From an uncultured Acidobacteriota bacterium (GTDB lineage: Bacteria; Acidobacteriota; Vicinamibacteria; Vicinamibacterales; CAVVIG01): 64,000 bases of DNA. Of this stretch, positions 42,918 through 54,690 are shown in pieces. Both the position numbers and the translations under genes were made by a program. The notes beneath the pieces were generated by a model. That model was not told where the DNA came from. It ran no database searches and saw only the letters and a program-made list of their open reading frames with translations. The stretch spans positions 65,013 to 129,012 of the forward strand of contig CAWBVG010000053.1 in the NCBI GenBank assembly GCA_963792175.1, given 5' to 3'. Position 1 is the first letter of the stretch. Each line of letters starts with the position of its first letter.

Positions 42918-44655
42918 GTGACAGTCGCCGCGGCCGTGACGCGCGACACCGACAAGCCGGTCCGGCAGCAGCTCGAACGCCTGCTGGCCAGCGCCACCTT
43001 CAAGCAGGTCGATCGCCTCAAGCGCTTCCTCAGCTTCATCGTCCTCGAATCGATCGGCGGACGCAGCACCGAGCTCAAGGAGTACGTCATCGGCGTGCAC
43101 GTCTTCGGCAAGGAGCCGTCGTTCGATCCGAGAACCGACCCGATCGTCAGGGTGCAGGCGCGCCGGCTGCGCGCCAAGCTGGTTCGCTATTACCAGGAGG
43201 AAGGCGCCAGCGACGAGGTGATCATCGACCTGCCGAAGGGCGGCTACGCGCCGGTCTTCAAGCGGCGGGAAACCTCGGCGTCGCGAAGCGATCGATTGCG
43301 TCGGCGCTGGTCAGCCGGAACACGGTCAGCGTCCTGCCCTTCGGGAACCATGGCGGCGGACGGAGCTCGACTCCTTCTGCCTGGGTGTCCGGGAAGAGAT
43401 CATTCACAACCTGGCCCGATTCCCGAACCTGCGGATTCTCGCGCGTCGAGGACGCCACCGCCAAGAGCCGACGCGGCCATGATCGTCAGCGGCAGCGTCC
43501 GCGCCGCCGGCACGCGCCTGCGCATCACGGCGCAGCTCGTCGACACGGCGAGCCGGTGTTATCTGTGGTCCGAGTCGATCGACGCGGACACGACCGATCT
43601 GTTCGACGCCCAGGAACGGGTCGCGCACGCCATCGTGCGGCAGCTGGAGCCGGAGTTTGCCGAAGGGCCGCGCCCGAGCGGGCGGCGGCCGACGCAGAAT
43701 CTTGCCGCGCACAACCTCTATCTGCAGGGCCGATACCATCTGAGCCAGCGCAGCGAAGAAGGGCTGCTGAAGGCGCTCGAGTTCTTCGAGAAGGCGCTGG
43801 TCGAGGATGCGCAGTACGCGCCGGCGCACAGCGGGCTGGCCGACGCCTACGGCCTGTGCAATCACTACGGCGTCATGGGGCCGTCCGAGGTCTGGACGAA
43901 AGCGGCGTCGAGCGCGGCGACGGCGGTGATGCTGGACGATGATTCCGGCGAGGCGCATACGTCGCTGGCGCACGTGAAGGCGACGCAGGACTGGGACTGG
44001 CTGGGGTCCGAGCGCGAGTTCCGCCGCGCCATCAGCCTGAACCCGCGCAACGCGACCGCTCATCACTGGTACGCGGCGTCGTGTCTCGCGCCGATGGGAC
44101 GGCTCGACGAGGCGCTCGATGAAATGCTCGTCGCGCAGTCGCTCGACCCGGTGTCGGCGATCGTGGCGCGCGACGTCGCCGCGGTGCACTTCTACCGGCG
44201 CGACTTCCAGACCGCGCTCGAGCGCTGCGATCACACCATCGAGCTGAATCCGCATTTCGGGGCGGCGTACTGGATGCTCGGCCTCGTCCAGGAGCAGTTG
44301 AAGGACTTCGACGAATCAGAAGCGGCGTTCCAGCGCGCGGTCCATCTGTCGCCGAACATGCCGCGCGTGCACGGTGCGCTGGGGCGGACGTTCGCGCTGT
44401 CGGGCCGGAAGAAACAGGCGCTCGAAGTGCTCGGCAAGCTCGACGCGTTCGCGAAGCAGCGATACGTGTCGCCGATGGAGTTCGCCTGGATCTACTTCGC
44501 GCTCGAGCAGACGGATCAGGGATTTCGGTGGCTGACGAAGGCGTCAGAAGATCGCGCGTTCGAGCTGATTCACCTCAAGGTCGACGCCCGCTTCGATCCC
44601 CTGCGCGACGACCGCCGGTTCGTCGCCATCATGAAGAAGCTCGGCCTGGGCGTAG
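42918..44655 (+). pseudogene. Regulatory-type protein with conserved N-terminal segment and C-terminal TPR repeats; several frameshifts, stop out of frame
   Basis: GTG 42918. VRQQLERLLASATFKQVDRLKRFLSFIVLE. TPR-like AHNLYLQGRYHL, ALEFFEKALVEDAQYAPAHSGLADAY. Shifts near 43268, 43350, 43440, 43470. The frame stays open into the convergent gene; TAG 44653..44655 in the +1 frame is the likely stop. Confidence 0.5.
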
Positions 44656-44674
44656 CGCTGAGGCGCATGCTAGG

Positions 44675-45560
44675 CTATTTCAGCGGACGCGGCGTCGCGT
44701 CGCCGTCGGTCAATCCCGAGACTCCATTTGATCGCTTCGAAGTACATCCGGTAGACGCTCGGGTCGTCCCAGGTGCTGGACGCGTGCCCGAGCGAGGAAT
44801 AGAAGACGCGTCCCTTCCCGTACATCCTGGCCCACGCCAATGGGAAGTCGCCGTCCGTGCGATGGACTTCGGAGTTGGCGGCATCTTCGAGACGTCGAGC
44901 CGCAGCACGACGCGAATCTTGTCGCGGGAATATGCCTTCGCCTGATAGAACTCGTCAGTGAAATTGAATACCGCCGGGAAATGTTTGGTGGCCGGGAACG
45001 CCGGATCCTCGTTGATGACGACTGCCGTATGCGGTGTTCCAGGGGTGTCCGTCGTACCGCGCGCCAAGCAGCTCGCCGAATTCGGGCCACGATTCGAATG
45101 CCGTCACCGCGGTGTGCGCGGCCACGAACCCCTTGCCCTCGTCCCTCACGAACGACAGCAGGTCGGCCTTCTGCTGCGCGGTCAGTTCGACTTCGCGATG
45201 GCCGAGGAAAAAAATCGCGTCGACGTTGTTCAGACTCGGGCCGCCGCTCGCGGGCTGGCCGCTGGTCATCGTCGGCTGCTTCGAGACGACGCTGGAGTCG
45301 GTGCGAATGTAGGTGTCGTAGGCGCCCGACTCGTAGCCGAGCCGCTCGATGACCGCCAGCGCATGCGAGACCGAGTCGTGCTGCGCGATGCCGTTGCGCG
45401 TGTCGGCCCACGCCAGGACGGCCTTTCGCGTCCGCACGCCGCGCCCTCCCCCGCGACCGCCACCGCGGCCTCCAACCTGACCCGCCTGCGCCGCCAGATC
45501 GCCCAGCAGCGCGAGCATCGACAGCGTGACCACCGCAACCAGCAATCTGAATGGCTTCAT
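44675..45560 (-). pseudogene. ThuA-like protein, second copy, three frameshifts
   Basis: ATG 45560, MKPFRLLVAVVTL leader. Collinear with 31317..32185 (LAWADTRNGIAQHDS, GKGFVAAHTA, DGDATPRPLK end). Shifts near 45060, 44870, 44720. Confidence 0.7.
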
Positions 45561-45603
45561 GCGTCCTCGGACGCTAACATCCTGGACCGTCCCTGCCAAC
45601 GGA

Positions 45604-45625
45604 GTAACGGTGCTGCTACCGTTAC
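45604..45625. promoter_or_regulatory. Palindrome GTAACGGT-N6-ACCGTTAC upstream of the second ThuA-like gene (candidate operator or hairpin)
   Basis: Perfect 8-bp arms, 44-65 nt upstream of ATG 45560. Confidence 0.3.
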
Positions 45626-45670
45626 GCGCCTGAGTGGCGTCACGGTTCAGGGGCTCCGGGCGCGCGGCGG

Positions 45671-47200
45671 TTACTGCGGAAGCGCGAAGGCGTACAGCGC
45701 GCTGCCGCCGCCGAGGAGCACGTACTGCCGGCCGTCGAGCTCGTAGGTCACCGGCCCGTTGCCGACGCGGCCGATGGCGGAATGCCAGAGCGTGGTGCCG
45801 TCGCTGGTGCGCAGCGCCAGCGCGTTGCCGACCGAATCGCCGGTAAACGTCACGCCGGACGCGGTCGTCAGCACACCGGCGGCCGACGCGGAGTCGCCCA
45901 GATCGTGATTCCAGCGGATCGCGCCGGTCCGATAGTCAATCGCGCGCAGCACCCCTCGTCCCCACAGGTTGTAGTCGGCGCCCGCCCATCCGTACTCGCC
46001 GTGCTCCGGCTTGAAGAAGTAGATGCCGTAGCCGTCGTGCGCGCTGACGATCAGCAGACCGCTCCGGGGATCGAAGCTCGGCGATCGATAGTTGGTGCCG
46101 CCGCTCTCATTCGGCGCGATCAACACGCCGTCCCGTGACGGCTCCTTCGCCGGATCCGGGATCGGCCGGCCTTCACTGTCGATCCCTTTTGCCCAATTGA
46201 CCGTCGCGAACGGCTTGGTCAGCAGGTTCTTGCCGGTCGTGCGATCCAGCACGAAGAAGTAGCCGTTGCGCGACGCCTGCAGCAGCAGCTTGCGCGCCGC
46301 CCCGTTGAAGTCGGCATCGACGAGAACCGGCACTTCGGCGGCATCCCAGTCGTGCGTGTCGTGCGGCGACGCCTGGAATCCCCACGCCAGCTTGCCGGTG
46401 TCCGGATCAAGGGCCACGATGCTGCCGGTCCAGGGATTGTTGCCGGGACGCATCGGACCGTTCAGCACCGGCGTCGGGTTGCCGGTGCCGACAAAGACGA
46501 GATTGAGATCGGGATCGTAGGTGCCGGTCATCCACATCTGACCGCCGGTCGCGCCGCCGCTCTGCGAACCGGGGGTGCCGACAGGCGGCGTGCTGTAGAA
46601 CGTCCACTGATGCGCGCCGACCTCGGGATCGAACGACTGCAGGATACCGGGGAGGTTGTCGAAGTCGCCCGACACGCCGACCAGCACGTGATTGCGAATG
46701 ACGAGCGGCGCGTTCGTCGACCAGTAGCCGCGCTTCGCGTCGGCGACCACGACATCCCACTTCACCTTGCCGGTGTTGGCATCGAGCGCGACCAGGTGCG
46801 CATCCGGTGTCGTCAGGTAGACCGAATCCTTGTAGACCGCGGCGCCGCGATGGCCGATGTGGAACCCCTGATTCGTCGGGTAGGTGTAGCGCCACAGCTG
46901 CCGGGCCGATCGGGCGTCGATCGCCCAGATGTTGTCCGGCGTCGTGATGTAGATGATGCCGTTGACCAGAATCGGCGTGGCCTTGATCTGCTGGGTCTGC
47001 CCCGTCTGGAACGCCCACGCCAGCGTCAGCTGACGGACGTTCTCCGGCGTGATCTGCGTCAGCTTGCTGTGGCGCTGACCGGAAAAATCGCCGTGGTAGG
47101 TCGGCCAGCTGTCCTGCGCTGTAAGAATCGCGCCACACGCGACAGCGAGCGCCAGTGCTCGCTAGCGCGAGGCCTTCTAGGCCCGCGATCGCCGTGCCAT
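45671..47200 (-). pseudogene. PQQ-type beta-propeller dehydrogenase, second copy, leader out of frame
   Basis: ORF 45671..46765 continues upstream in frame, without a start codon, to a TAG near 47165 (DSWPTYHGDFSGQRHS, ATPILVNGIIY). ATG 47200 MARRSRA is in another frame. Confidence 0.75.
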
Positions 47201-47233
47201 GAAAGCGGCCGCGCTATCGACCGCGGCTGCCGC

Positions 47234-48943
47234 TCAGCGAAGCGTCTGCAGGTACGCCAGAACATTGTGCATATCGTCATCGGTGTACTTTCCAAGCTGC
47301 TCGACGTGCGCCTGCAGCGGATCGTCGACGGTGAACGTCACCTGATTCGTGGGAAACGATCGAGACGCGCCGGACGGCAGCGTCACCGCGATCGTGAACT
47401 CGTCGCGATACGCCAGCGTTCCCGACACCTTCTCACCGGACTTCGGCGTGACGGTGACCTTGGCGTGGGACGGCTTGCCCGCGGCCGGGTTCGGATACAG
47501 CATGCGCTGAAGGAGCGGCAGGCCGTCATGGCGTTTCGCGACGCCGGCGAGATCGCCGGTCGCGGAATGACATCGCCCGCAGGCCCGGTCGAAGTACTTC
47601 TTGCCGGCGTCCGCGTTGCCGGTCTGAAGGTCCGCGAGGTCGACGGCGCGCCGGCCGCCCGTCAGCGAGGCCGCCCGGTTCTTCTGGTCGTGAATGAACG
47701 CGACGACGGCGGCGACGTCCGCGTCGCTGAGCGTGAACGCCGGCATGCCCTTGTCGACGCGGCCCGCGCGCAGCAACGGCCCGATCTTGTTGCCGCGGAC
47801 ATCTTCGGCCACCATCGGCGCGCGGGTCAGATCGGGGCCGGTCTCGCCGCCCATCCCGTCGCGGCCGTGGCAGAAGCCGCACTGCGCGGAGAAAATCGGC
47901 TGCCCGGCGCGCACCTGCTCCGGCGGATACGTCTGCGGCGTCGCCGAAGCCGGCGGCGGCACCGATGCCGGGCTCGCCTGGCTGCCGCGGCCGCCGGCCG
48001 GCGCGGGAGGCGGTTGAGCGCCGCGGCCCGCCGGTGCCGGCGGTTGATCGATCGCCGCCAGGTCCGCGCGCACGCGCACCGTGTCGGCCGTCGGAAAGTC
48101 GGCGGGGATCGGCTGCGTCACCGCGCCGGTGGCGGCCCACTCGGTGCCGCGCTGAAACGTCACGACGAAGTCGACGGAGCTCAGCGCGCTGATGTCGTGT
48201 CCCATCGTGGTATGGAACACGCGTCCCTTCCCGTAACTGAGCACCATCAGCTGCGGCTCGTCGCGTCCGGTGCCGTTGTTCGACGAATCGGAGTGCGCGG
48301 TGGCCAGTACCGTCATGTTGCGGCCCGGCCCGCGCATCAGCGCGTACAGCTCGTCGCCCTGGTGCATCCACGCCGCCGGCAAGCCACGCGTGATCGGGTG
48401 ATTCGCGTCGCGCACCGTGACCTTGAACGGCAGCCGCTGTCCGTGGCTGCCGGCGCGGCCCGGCGCGCTGTCCGATGTCAGCTTGCCGTCCTTGTAAAAC
48501 CAATACGGGCCGGCCGCTTCGGTGCGATCGCGCCAGCCGCCGATGCCAATCATGTCGTTGAACGCCTTCCAGCCGGGAAAGGCGTTGTCGGCCGCGTGCA
48601 CGATCACGACACCGCCGCCGTTGGTCACGTAGCGCTCGAACGACGCCTTCAACTCGGCGGGCCACCGATCGTCCGGCGCGTCGTAGTTGAACACCACCGC
48701 CTGATACTTCGCGAAGTCCGGCTTGAACGCGCTGAAGCTCGCGCCGGCCGGCGGCGCCGTGACGACCTCGACGTCGAACAGCTTCGCGTCGTCCAGCTGC
48801 TTCTTCAGCGACACCGTCGTCGCCTGCCACTTGTGATACGGCCCGCCGCTTTCGCCATCGAGGAGCATCACGCGGATCGGCGCAGCCGCGCGCGGCGCGA
48901 CCGATGCCATCAACAGAGCGGCAATCAACAATGGTTTCTTCAT
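47234..48943 (-). CDS. ThuA-like domain fused to two c-type cytochrome domains, intact
   Basis: Inside ORF 47234..49984. ATG 48943, [16 protein letters not shown] leader. ThuA core, Pro-rich linker, then CGFCH and CGRCH haem sites. The ATG overlaps the xylA stop (ATGA). Confidence 0.8.
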   Translation of the reverse strand: MKKPLLIAALLMASVAPRAAAPIRVMLLDGESGGPYHKWQATTVSLKKQLDDAKLFDVEVVTAPPAGASFSAFKPDFAKYQAVVFNYDAPDDRWPAELKASFERYVTNGGGVVIVHAADNAFPGWKAFNDMIGIGGWRDRTEAAGPYWFYKDGKLTSDSAPGRAGSHGQRLPFKVTVRDANHPITRGLPAAWMHQGDELYALMRGPGRNMTVLATAHSDSSNNGTGRDEPQLMVLSYGKGRVFHTTMGHDISALSSVDFVVTFQRGTEWAATGAVTQPIPADFPTADTVRVRADLAAIDQPPAPAGRGAQPPPAPAGGRGSQASPASVPPPASATPQTYPPEQVRAGQPIFSAQCGFCHGRDGMGGETGPDLTRAPMVAEDVRGNKIGPLLRAGRVDKGMPAFTLSDADVAAVVAFIHDQKNRAASLTGGRRAVDLADLQTGNADAGKKYFDRACGRCHSATGDLAGVAKRHDGLPLLQRMLYPNPAAGKPSHAKVTVTPKSGEKVSGTLAYRDEFTIAVTLPSGASRSFPTNQVTFTVDDPLQAHVEQLGKYTDDDMHNVLAYLQTLR

Positions 48944-50034
48944 CGGCCGTCCCCCCGCACACCGAGCAGCACTTCCATCGTCAGCTGATCGAGGCGCTCG
49001 TAGCCGAGCCCGCGCCGGCCCTGCTTCCCGAGGCCCGCAACCAGCGCCTGAATGTCCGGGTCCGCGTTCCACTGACGCGCGCGCTCGCGCAGGATCAGAT
49101 ACGTCCGCATGCAGCCTCGCGCGAAGTCGCGCACGCCATCGTAATCCTCCGTCCGGTAGGCATGGGCGTCGAAATGACGCGGGCCGTCGTAGCCGACGTC
49201 CTCGAGGAACTTGACCAGAAAGAAGGCGGACTTCGGGTTGGCGGATCCGAACCGGAAGTCCTGGTCGTACCGGCCCGGCACCTGATCGTTCAGGTCGATG
49301 TGAAAGAGCTTGCCGGCCTCCCACGCCTGCGCCACCGCGTGCACGAAGTTGAGGCCGGCCATCTGTTCGTGCGCGACCTCGGGATTCACGCCGACCAGTT
49401 CCGGGTGAGCGAGCGTAGGGATGAACCCGAGGTAGGCGCCGGTCGTCGCCATGTAGATGTCGCCGCGCGGCTCGTTCGGTTTGGCTTCGAGCGCGAACTT
49501 GAAACCGTACTTGCGGTCGATCGAATACTCGCAGAGCGCGTTGACCGCTTCGCGCAGCCGCTTGACCGCTTCGTCGGGCCGGCGGCACGCGTCGGTCTCC
49601 GTCCCTTCGCGCCCTCCCCACAGCACGAAGATCTTCGCGCCCAGCTCCGCGCCGAGGTCCATCGCGCTCTTGGTCTTCTGCAGGGCGAAGGCACGAACGC
49701 CGGCGTCGTTGGCGGTGAAAGCGCCGTCGCGAAACACCGCGTCGTAGAACAGGTTGACCGTCGCCATCGGCACGACCAGGCCGTGCTGTTGGCACGCGGC
49801 CTTGAATTCCTTGACGATGCGATCGCGATCGGCGGGAGACGCGTCGATCGGCACGAGATCGTTGTCGTGCAGGTTCACGCCCCACGCGCCGACTTCGGCG
49901 AGGAGCGCGACCGCGTCGACCGGTGGCAGCGGATCGCGTACCACATCGCCGAACGGGTCGCGTCCGCGATTGCCGACCGTCCACAGACCGAACGAGAACT
50001 TGTGCTCCGGCTTCGGAGCGTACAGATCAGCCAT
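48940..50034 (-). CDS. xylA: Xylose isomerase (short, class I type)
   Basis: ORF 48940..50034, intact. [35 protein letters not shown]. Confidence 0.9.
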   Translation of the reverse strand: MADLYAPKPEHKFSFGLWTVGNRGRDPFGDVVRDPLPPVDAVALLAEVGAWGVNLHDNDLVPIDASPADRDRIVKEFKAACQQHGLVVPMATVNLFYDAVFRDGAFTANDAGVRAFALQKTKSAMDLGAELGAKIFVLWGGREGTETDACRRPDEAVKRLREAVNALCEYSIDRKYGFKFALEAKPNEPRGDIYMATTGAYLGFIPTLAHPELVGVNPEVAHEQMAGLNFVHAVAQAWEAGKLFHIDLNDQVPGRYDQDFRFGSANPKSAFFLVKFLEDVGYDGPRHFDAHAYRTEDYDGVRDFARGCMRTYLILRERARQWNADPDIQALVAGLGKQGRRGLGYERLDQLTMEVLLGVRGDGR

Positions 50035-51505
50035 GAATGCTCCCGAGCGCGGGATAAAGACGCGTGTAAGCGGCGTACTGACGGTTCATCGCAGTGACAT
50101 GCGCCGGTCGAGGCTCCGTCACGGTGGCCCGGCGCACCAGAGCATCGCACGCGGCGTCCACCGTTGGCCAGAGTCCGATGCCGACGGCGGCCAGAATCGC
50201 GGCGCCGTAGGCGGCGCCTTCATCGGCCTGCACCGTGTCGACGGTGCGGCCATAGACGTCGGCCTGAATCTGGCGCCACAGCGGCGAGCGCGACCCGCCG
50301 CCGCCCAGCCGCACGCTCTCCAGCGGCAGGTCGAGCTCGGAAAAGATCGAGAAGGTGTCCCGCAGGCTGAACGCCACGCCCTCCATGATCGCCCGGACGA
50401 TGTGGCCGCGCCCGTGATTGGCGGCCAGGCCGGCGAGCGCGGCGCGGGCGTTCGGGTCGCAATGCGGCGTCCGTTCGCCCATCAGATACGGCGCCCACAG
50501 CACGCCGTCGGCGCCGGGCTCGACGCGCGCCGCTTCCGCGGTCAGATCGTCGTACGACACGCCGCCCACGATCTGATCGCGGAACCACTTCAGCGACAAA
50601 CCGGCGGCCTGCGTCACGCCCATCACGTGCCATCGTCCCGGGATCGCATGGCAGAACGTGTGGATGCGGCCGCGAGGATCGGTGGCGGGCCGATCGGTCG
50701 CGGCAAAGACGACGCCCGATGTCCCAATGGTCGCGCTCACCGCGCCGGGCCGTGTGATCCCCATGCCGATGGCGCCGGCCGCCTGATCGCCCGCGCCGGC
50801 GACGATCGGCGTGCCGGCGGACAGGCCGGTGAGCGCGGCCGCCTCGCGGGACACCTGCGCGGCAACCGCCGGCGACTCGAACACCGCGGGCAGCAGGCGT
50901 TCGTCGACGCCCACGGCGTCCAGCATCTCGCGCGACCAGCGCCGGTGCGTCACGTCGAGCATCAGCGTGCCCGACGCGTCCGCGACATCGATTGCGTGCT
51001 CGCCGCTCAGCTGAAAGCGGATGTAATCCTTCGGCAGGAGCACGTGGCGCACGCGATTCCACAGGTCCGGCTCGTGGCGGCGTACCCAGAGGAGTTTCGT
51101 CAGCGTGAAATTCGTGAGCGCGGGATTCGACGTCAGCTGGAGCAGCCGATCGCGGCCGACGGTGTCGTCCAGCCACCGGCACTCGGCCTCGGTGCGCTGA
51201 TCGCACCAGATGATCGACGGCCGCAGGACCGCGCCGGCCGCGTCGAGCAGCACCGCGCCGTGCATCTGTCCGGAGAGACCGATGCACGAGATGGCGTCGG
51301 CAGCGACGCCGGTCTGCGACAGCACCGAGCGCAAGGCGTCCTGCGACGCGCGCCACCAGTCGGCGGGATCCTGCTCCGCCCACGCCGTGCGGGGCGACGC
51401 GAACGGCGCGTGATCCGCCGTCGCCGAGCCGAGGAGCGCGCCATCTTCGCCGAGCAGCAGGGCACGGGTGCCGCCGGTGCCGACGTCAATACCCAGAACC
51501 GGAAT
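50027..51505 (-). CDS. xylB: Xylulokinase (FGGY family); no canonical start codon
   Basis: ORF 50027..51334 continues upstream in frame through [18 protein letters not shown] to a TAG, with no ATG/GTG/TTG in that stretch. ATT 51505 lies 4-5 nt after GGGAGGA. Overlaps the xylA start by 8 nt. Confidence 0.85.
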   Translation of the reverse strand: MPVLGIDVGTGGTRALLLGEDGALLGSATADHAPFASPRTAWAEQDPADWWRASQDALRSVLSQTGVAADAISCIGLSGQMHGAVLLDAAGAVLRPSIIWCDQRTEAECRWLDDTVGRDRLLQLTSNPALTNFTLTKLLWVRRHEPDLWNRVRHVLLPKDYIRFQLSGEHAIDVADASGTLMLDVTHRRWSREMLDAVGVDERLLPAVFESPAVAAQVSREAAALTGLSAGTPIVAGAGDQAAGAIGMGITRPGAVSATIGTSGVVFAATDRPATDPRGRIHTFCHAIPGRWHVMGVTQAAGLSLKWFRDQIVGGVSYDDLTAEAARVEPGADGVLWAPYLMGERTPHCDPNARAALAGLAANHGRGHIVRAIMEGVAFSLRDTFSIFSELDLPLESVRLGGGGSRSPLWRQIQADVYGRTVDTVQADEGAAYGAAILAAVGIGLWPTVDAACDALVRRATVTEPRPAHVTAMNRQYAAYTRLYPALGSIHG

Positions 51506-51521
51506 GGTGTCCTCCCGATCA

Positions 51522-51617
51522 GGGTTCTAGAGTTCTAGGGTTCTAGGGTTCACGCGGCGAACGTTGGAACCCGAAAACAGAACTTTGGAACCCTGAGAAC
51601 TCTGGAACCTTCGAACG
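51522..51617. repeat. Dyad of GGGTTCTA octamers (3.5 copies) facing GGAACCC / GAGAAC units
   Basis: GGGTTCTA GAGTTCTA GGGTTCTA GGGTTC, a 15-nt loop, then GAACCC, CAGAAC, GGAACCC, GAGAAC, GGAACC, CGAACG. Confidence 0.75.
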
Positions 51618-54588
51618 CTTTTGTGAGCGCGTCGAGGTCGTACAGCCGTCCGTCTTTCATGACGCGCTTCACGCGCCGCAGATCTCTGATGTTCGCCAGT
51701 GGATTGCCGTCGACGATCACGAGGTCCGCGAGCTTTCCGGCCTCGATGCTCCCGAGCTGGTCGCCCACGCCCATCGCTTCGGCCGGCACGATGGTCGCCG
51801 TTCGCAGCACTTCCACCGGTGTCAGGCCGCCGGCCGCATAGTTCTCGAGCTCCATCAGGAGACTCAGTCCGTACGGATTGATCGGCGCGTCGGTACCGGC
51901 CGTCACGCGCCCGCCGCCCTTCACGACCTGAAACACCGTGCGCTCCTGCGGCGTCACCAGGCGCGCCGCCTCGTCGATCTGGGCCGGCGTCGCCGGCGTC
52001 GCGCGTCTGATCCCGCCAGCGCTGCGCAACCGACGCGGGATACAGCTGCTGGATCCGCGCATCGTCGATCCACGACGCATCGCGCATCGTCTGCAGCCGG
52101 AAGCCGCCCTGGATGCCGATCGTCGGCGTCAGCGTCATCTTCGAGGCGGTCAACAGGTCGATGACGTCGCGATACGACCGCGAGAGACCGCTGATCTTCG
52201 GCGAGTAGCCGCGGCGGCTGGTGCCGCGAATGTGCTCGACGCCGTCGGCGCCGAATGCGACCGCCGGATAGAGCTCGTGCGACGTCACCGGCATGCCCAT
52301 GCCGTGCGCGGCCTCGATGATGCGCTTCTGCATCTGATCGGGGAGCCGCACGTAGGTCTTGACGAAGTCGAAGTCGAAGTCCTTCGCGCGGGCGAGGACG
52401 CGCGGCAACTGGCCGGTGTCGTCGAGCGAGGTGCCGCCGGGATAGTACACGCGTGTTCCGTCGAACGGCTCGCCGGTCGTGAAGAGCCGCGGGCCGATCC
52501 GGACGCCCGACTCGAAGGCTTCCCGGTTCTCCATCGATTCCGTGATGCTGGTCGCCGGATTGCGGACGCGTGGTGATGCCCCACGAAAGGAACGCGCGGC
52601 CGAGCGCTTCGCCATAGTCCTTGCTCAGATGCGTGTGGATCTCGATCAACCCGGGGATCACGGTGTCGCGAGAGGCGTCGACGAGCTCGCCGATATGGAG
52701 CGCGTCGCGATGCGGCTCGACGCTCCGGATCCGGTGACCGTCGACGACAATGTCGACGTCGGTCTGGAGCGTGTCGGTGCGGCCGTTCCAGAACCGTCCG
52801 GCGTGAATCGTCTTCGTTCCGGTCGGCGCCGCCAGCAGTCCAGGTGAGGTGCGGATCGATCTCCTGGACGATCTTCCCTGACGCGACGTCGACGAGCTCG
52901 AGGCGATCGCCGCTCTGATACAGGAGCCGGCGCGAGTCGCCGGTCCACGTCGGCGATCCCGCGAGCCCGGTGGAGACGGCGCGCGGCGGACGCTGCGGCG
53001 TGCCGTCGCGTGCGACCGGCCAGACGGTGAGCAGGCCGTCGACGATCGCGGCCATCTGCGTGCCGTCGGGCGACCAGACCGGGCCGTAGTCCTCGCGCAT
53101 GCCGATCGACTTGTGCGGCATCGGATCGAACCAGCGATCCGGCTGCCCGTCGAGCGAGATGCGCAGCACCTGATTCGTGCCTTCGCGGAAACGCGTCGAA
53201 TAGACCTTGAGGGACGAGACGATCAGCGCGCGGCCGTCGGGCGACCAGCTCGCCCGGCCGGCCTCGTTGAGATGCTCGTGAGCCCGCGTGACGACGCCGC
53301 TCTTGACGTCGACGAGCTGGATTTGCCCCTCCGGATCGCTGAACGCGATGCGCGATCCGTCGGGCGACCACGAGGCCTGCATCGCCGCCGCTTTCAGGTG
53401 CGTGAGCTGGCGATCGGTTCTGCTCTGCAGGTCGCGCACCCAGATGTTCATCACGCCGTCGCGATCGGTCGAGTACGCGAGCGATCGGCCGTCGGCCGAC
53501 CAGGCGGGATCGGTGTCGAGCGCCGCGTCGTGCGTCAGCCGCTCGGCGGACCCACCGACCGGCATCAGCCACAGGTCGCCGAGCGCGGCGAACGCCACGC
53601 GCGTGCCATCGGGAGCGACCACCGGGTGCATGATGCCGCGCACGGGCTGCGGCCCTCGGAGATCGAACTCGCGCGGCTTCGGCTTGAACCCGGATCGCGC
53701 GAACGAGATGTCGGCGGTCAGCTCGACGACGCGCGCGGGCCCGCCGGCCACGGATCGCCGCTTGATCTTGCCGTCAGCCGTGTACAGCACTTCGGAGGGG
53801 GCGACCCATTGCGGCCGGAACGGAAACACGTCCTCGTCTGGATCCGCGATATTGCGGTCGCCGCCCGTCGGCGCGCTCACCATCAGGCGGCTTCTGCCGC
53901 CCGCAATCACGCTGAACACCATCGTCGATCCGTCCGGACCGAACGCCGGCGCGGCAACCGCACCGTCGACGGCGGCGATCAGCCGCTCGGAGGCGCCGGA
54001 GACATCGGTCGCCATCGCGTAGACGCCGGGCTTGTCGCGGCGATCGGAGACGAACGCGATTTCACCGCTGCTCTTCCACGAGGGATAGAACTCATTCGAC
54101 GGATCCGACGTGACCTGCTTGACCTCGCCGCTCGCCAGCGTCAGCGCCCAGACGTCGTACGAGCCGCTGCGGTCTGAAGAAAACGCGATGCGGCGTCCGT
54201 CAGGCGACCACGCGGGCTCGCGATCGTCGTAAGGACTGGATGTGACCGGTCGCAGGTCGGTGCCGTCGGCCTTGACCGTCCAGATCTGCCAGGTGCTGGT
54301 CCAGTAGGCCTGGAAGGCGATGCGGGTGCCGTCCGGCGACCACGACGGCTGCCGCGCGTCCATCGAGATGTCGGTGATCGGTTTCGCCACGCCGCCAGAC
54401 GCGGGCATGGTCCACAGCGTGCCGAGCAGGTCGATGGCGAGCGTCCGCCCGTCCGGCGACAGCGCGGCCGCCATGTTCGTCCCCTCGTGGAGCGTGACGT
54501 GAACCGAACGGCCGGGTGTGGGTATTTGCGCGCTGACGACGAGCGTCGCGCCGATCAACATCGCGACGGTCGAGAGCTGCCTACGCAT
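51550..54588 (-). pseudogene. TolB-like PD40 beta-propeller fused to a metal-dependent amidohydrolase, three frameshifts
   Basis: ATG 54588 with a leader. Repeated SWSPDG / AWSPDG blades. Amidohydrolase EIHTHL, SHELY, GTDAP. Shifts near 52845, 52570, 52035. The last codons run into repeat 51522..51617. Confidence 0.8.
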
Positions 54589-54607
54589 GTGGTCACCCGG
54601 CCGCTGT

Positions 54608-54679
54608 CGGGGCTGGGGACTGGGGGCTAGCTGCCAATGTTGTTGTCTCTGGACAGCTAGCCCGTAGCCCCTAGCCCCG
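54608..54679. repeat. Hairpin of GGGGCT-type heptads
   Basis: 26-nt arms CGGGGCTGGGGACTGGGGGCTAGCTG and CAGCTAGCCCGTAGCCCCTAGCCCCG pair at 22/26 positions. 20-nt loop. Confidence 0.8.
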
Positions 54680-54690
54680 ATCGTGCCGCG

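Noticed and set aside
47234-49984. 916-aa ORF apparently fusing the ThuA-cytochrome gene to sequence upstream (similarly 26763..29354 at 863 aa and 3625..5604 at 659 aa)
   Set aside because: Only the part downstream of the internal ATG with a signal peptide is protein-like. The upstream parts overlap xylA, DUF305 or NRAMP in other frames.
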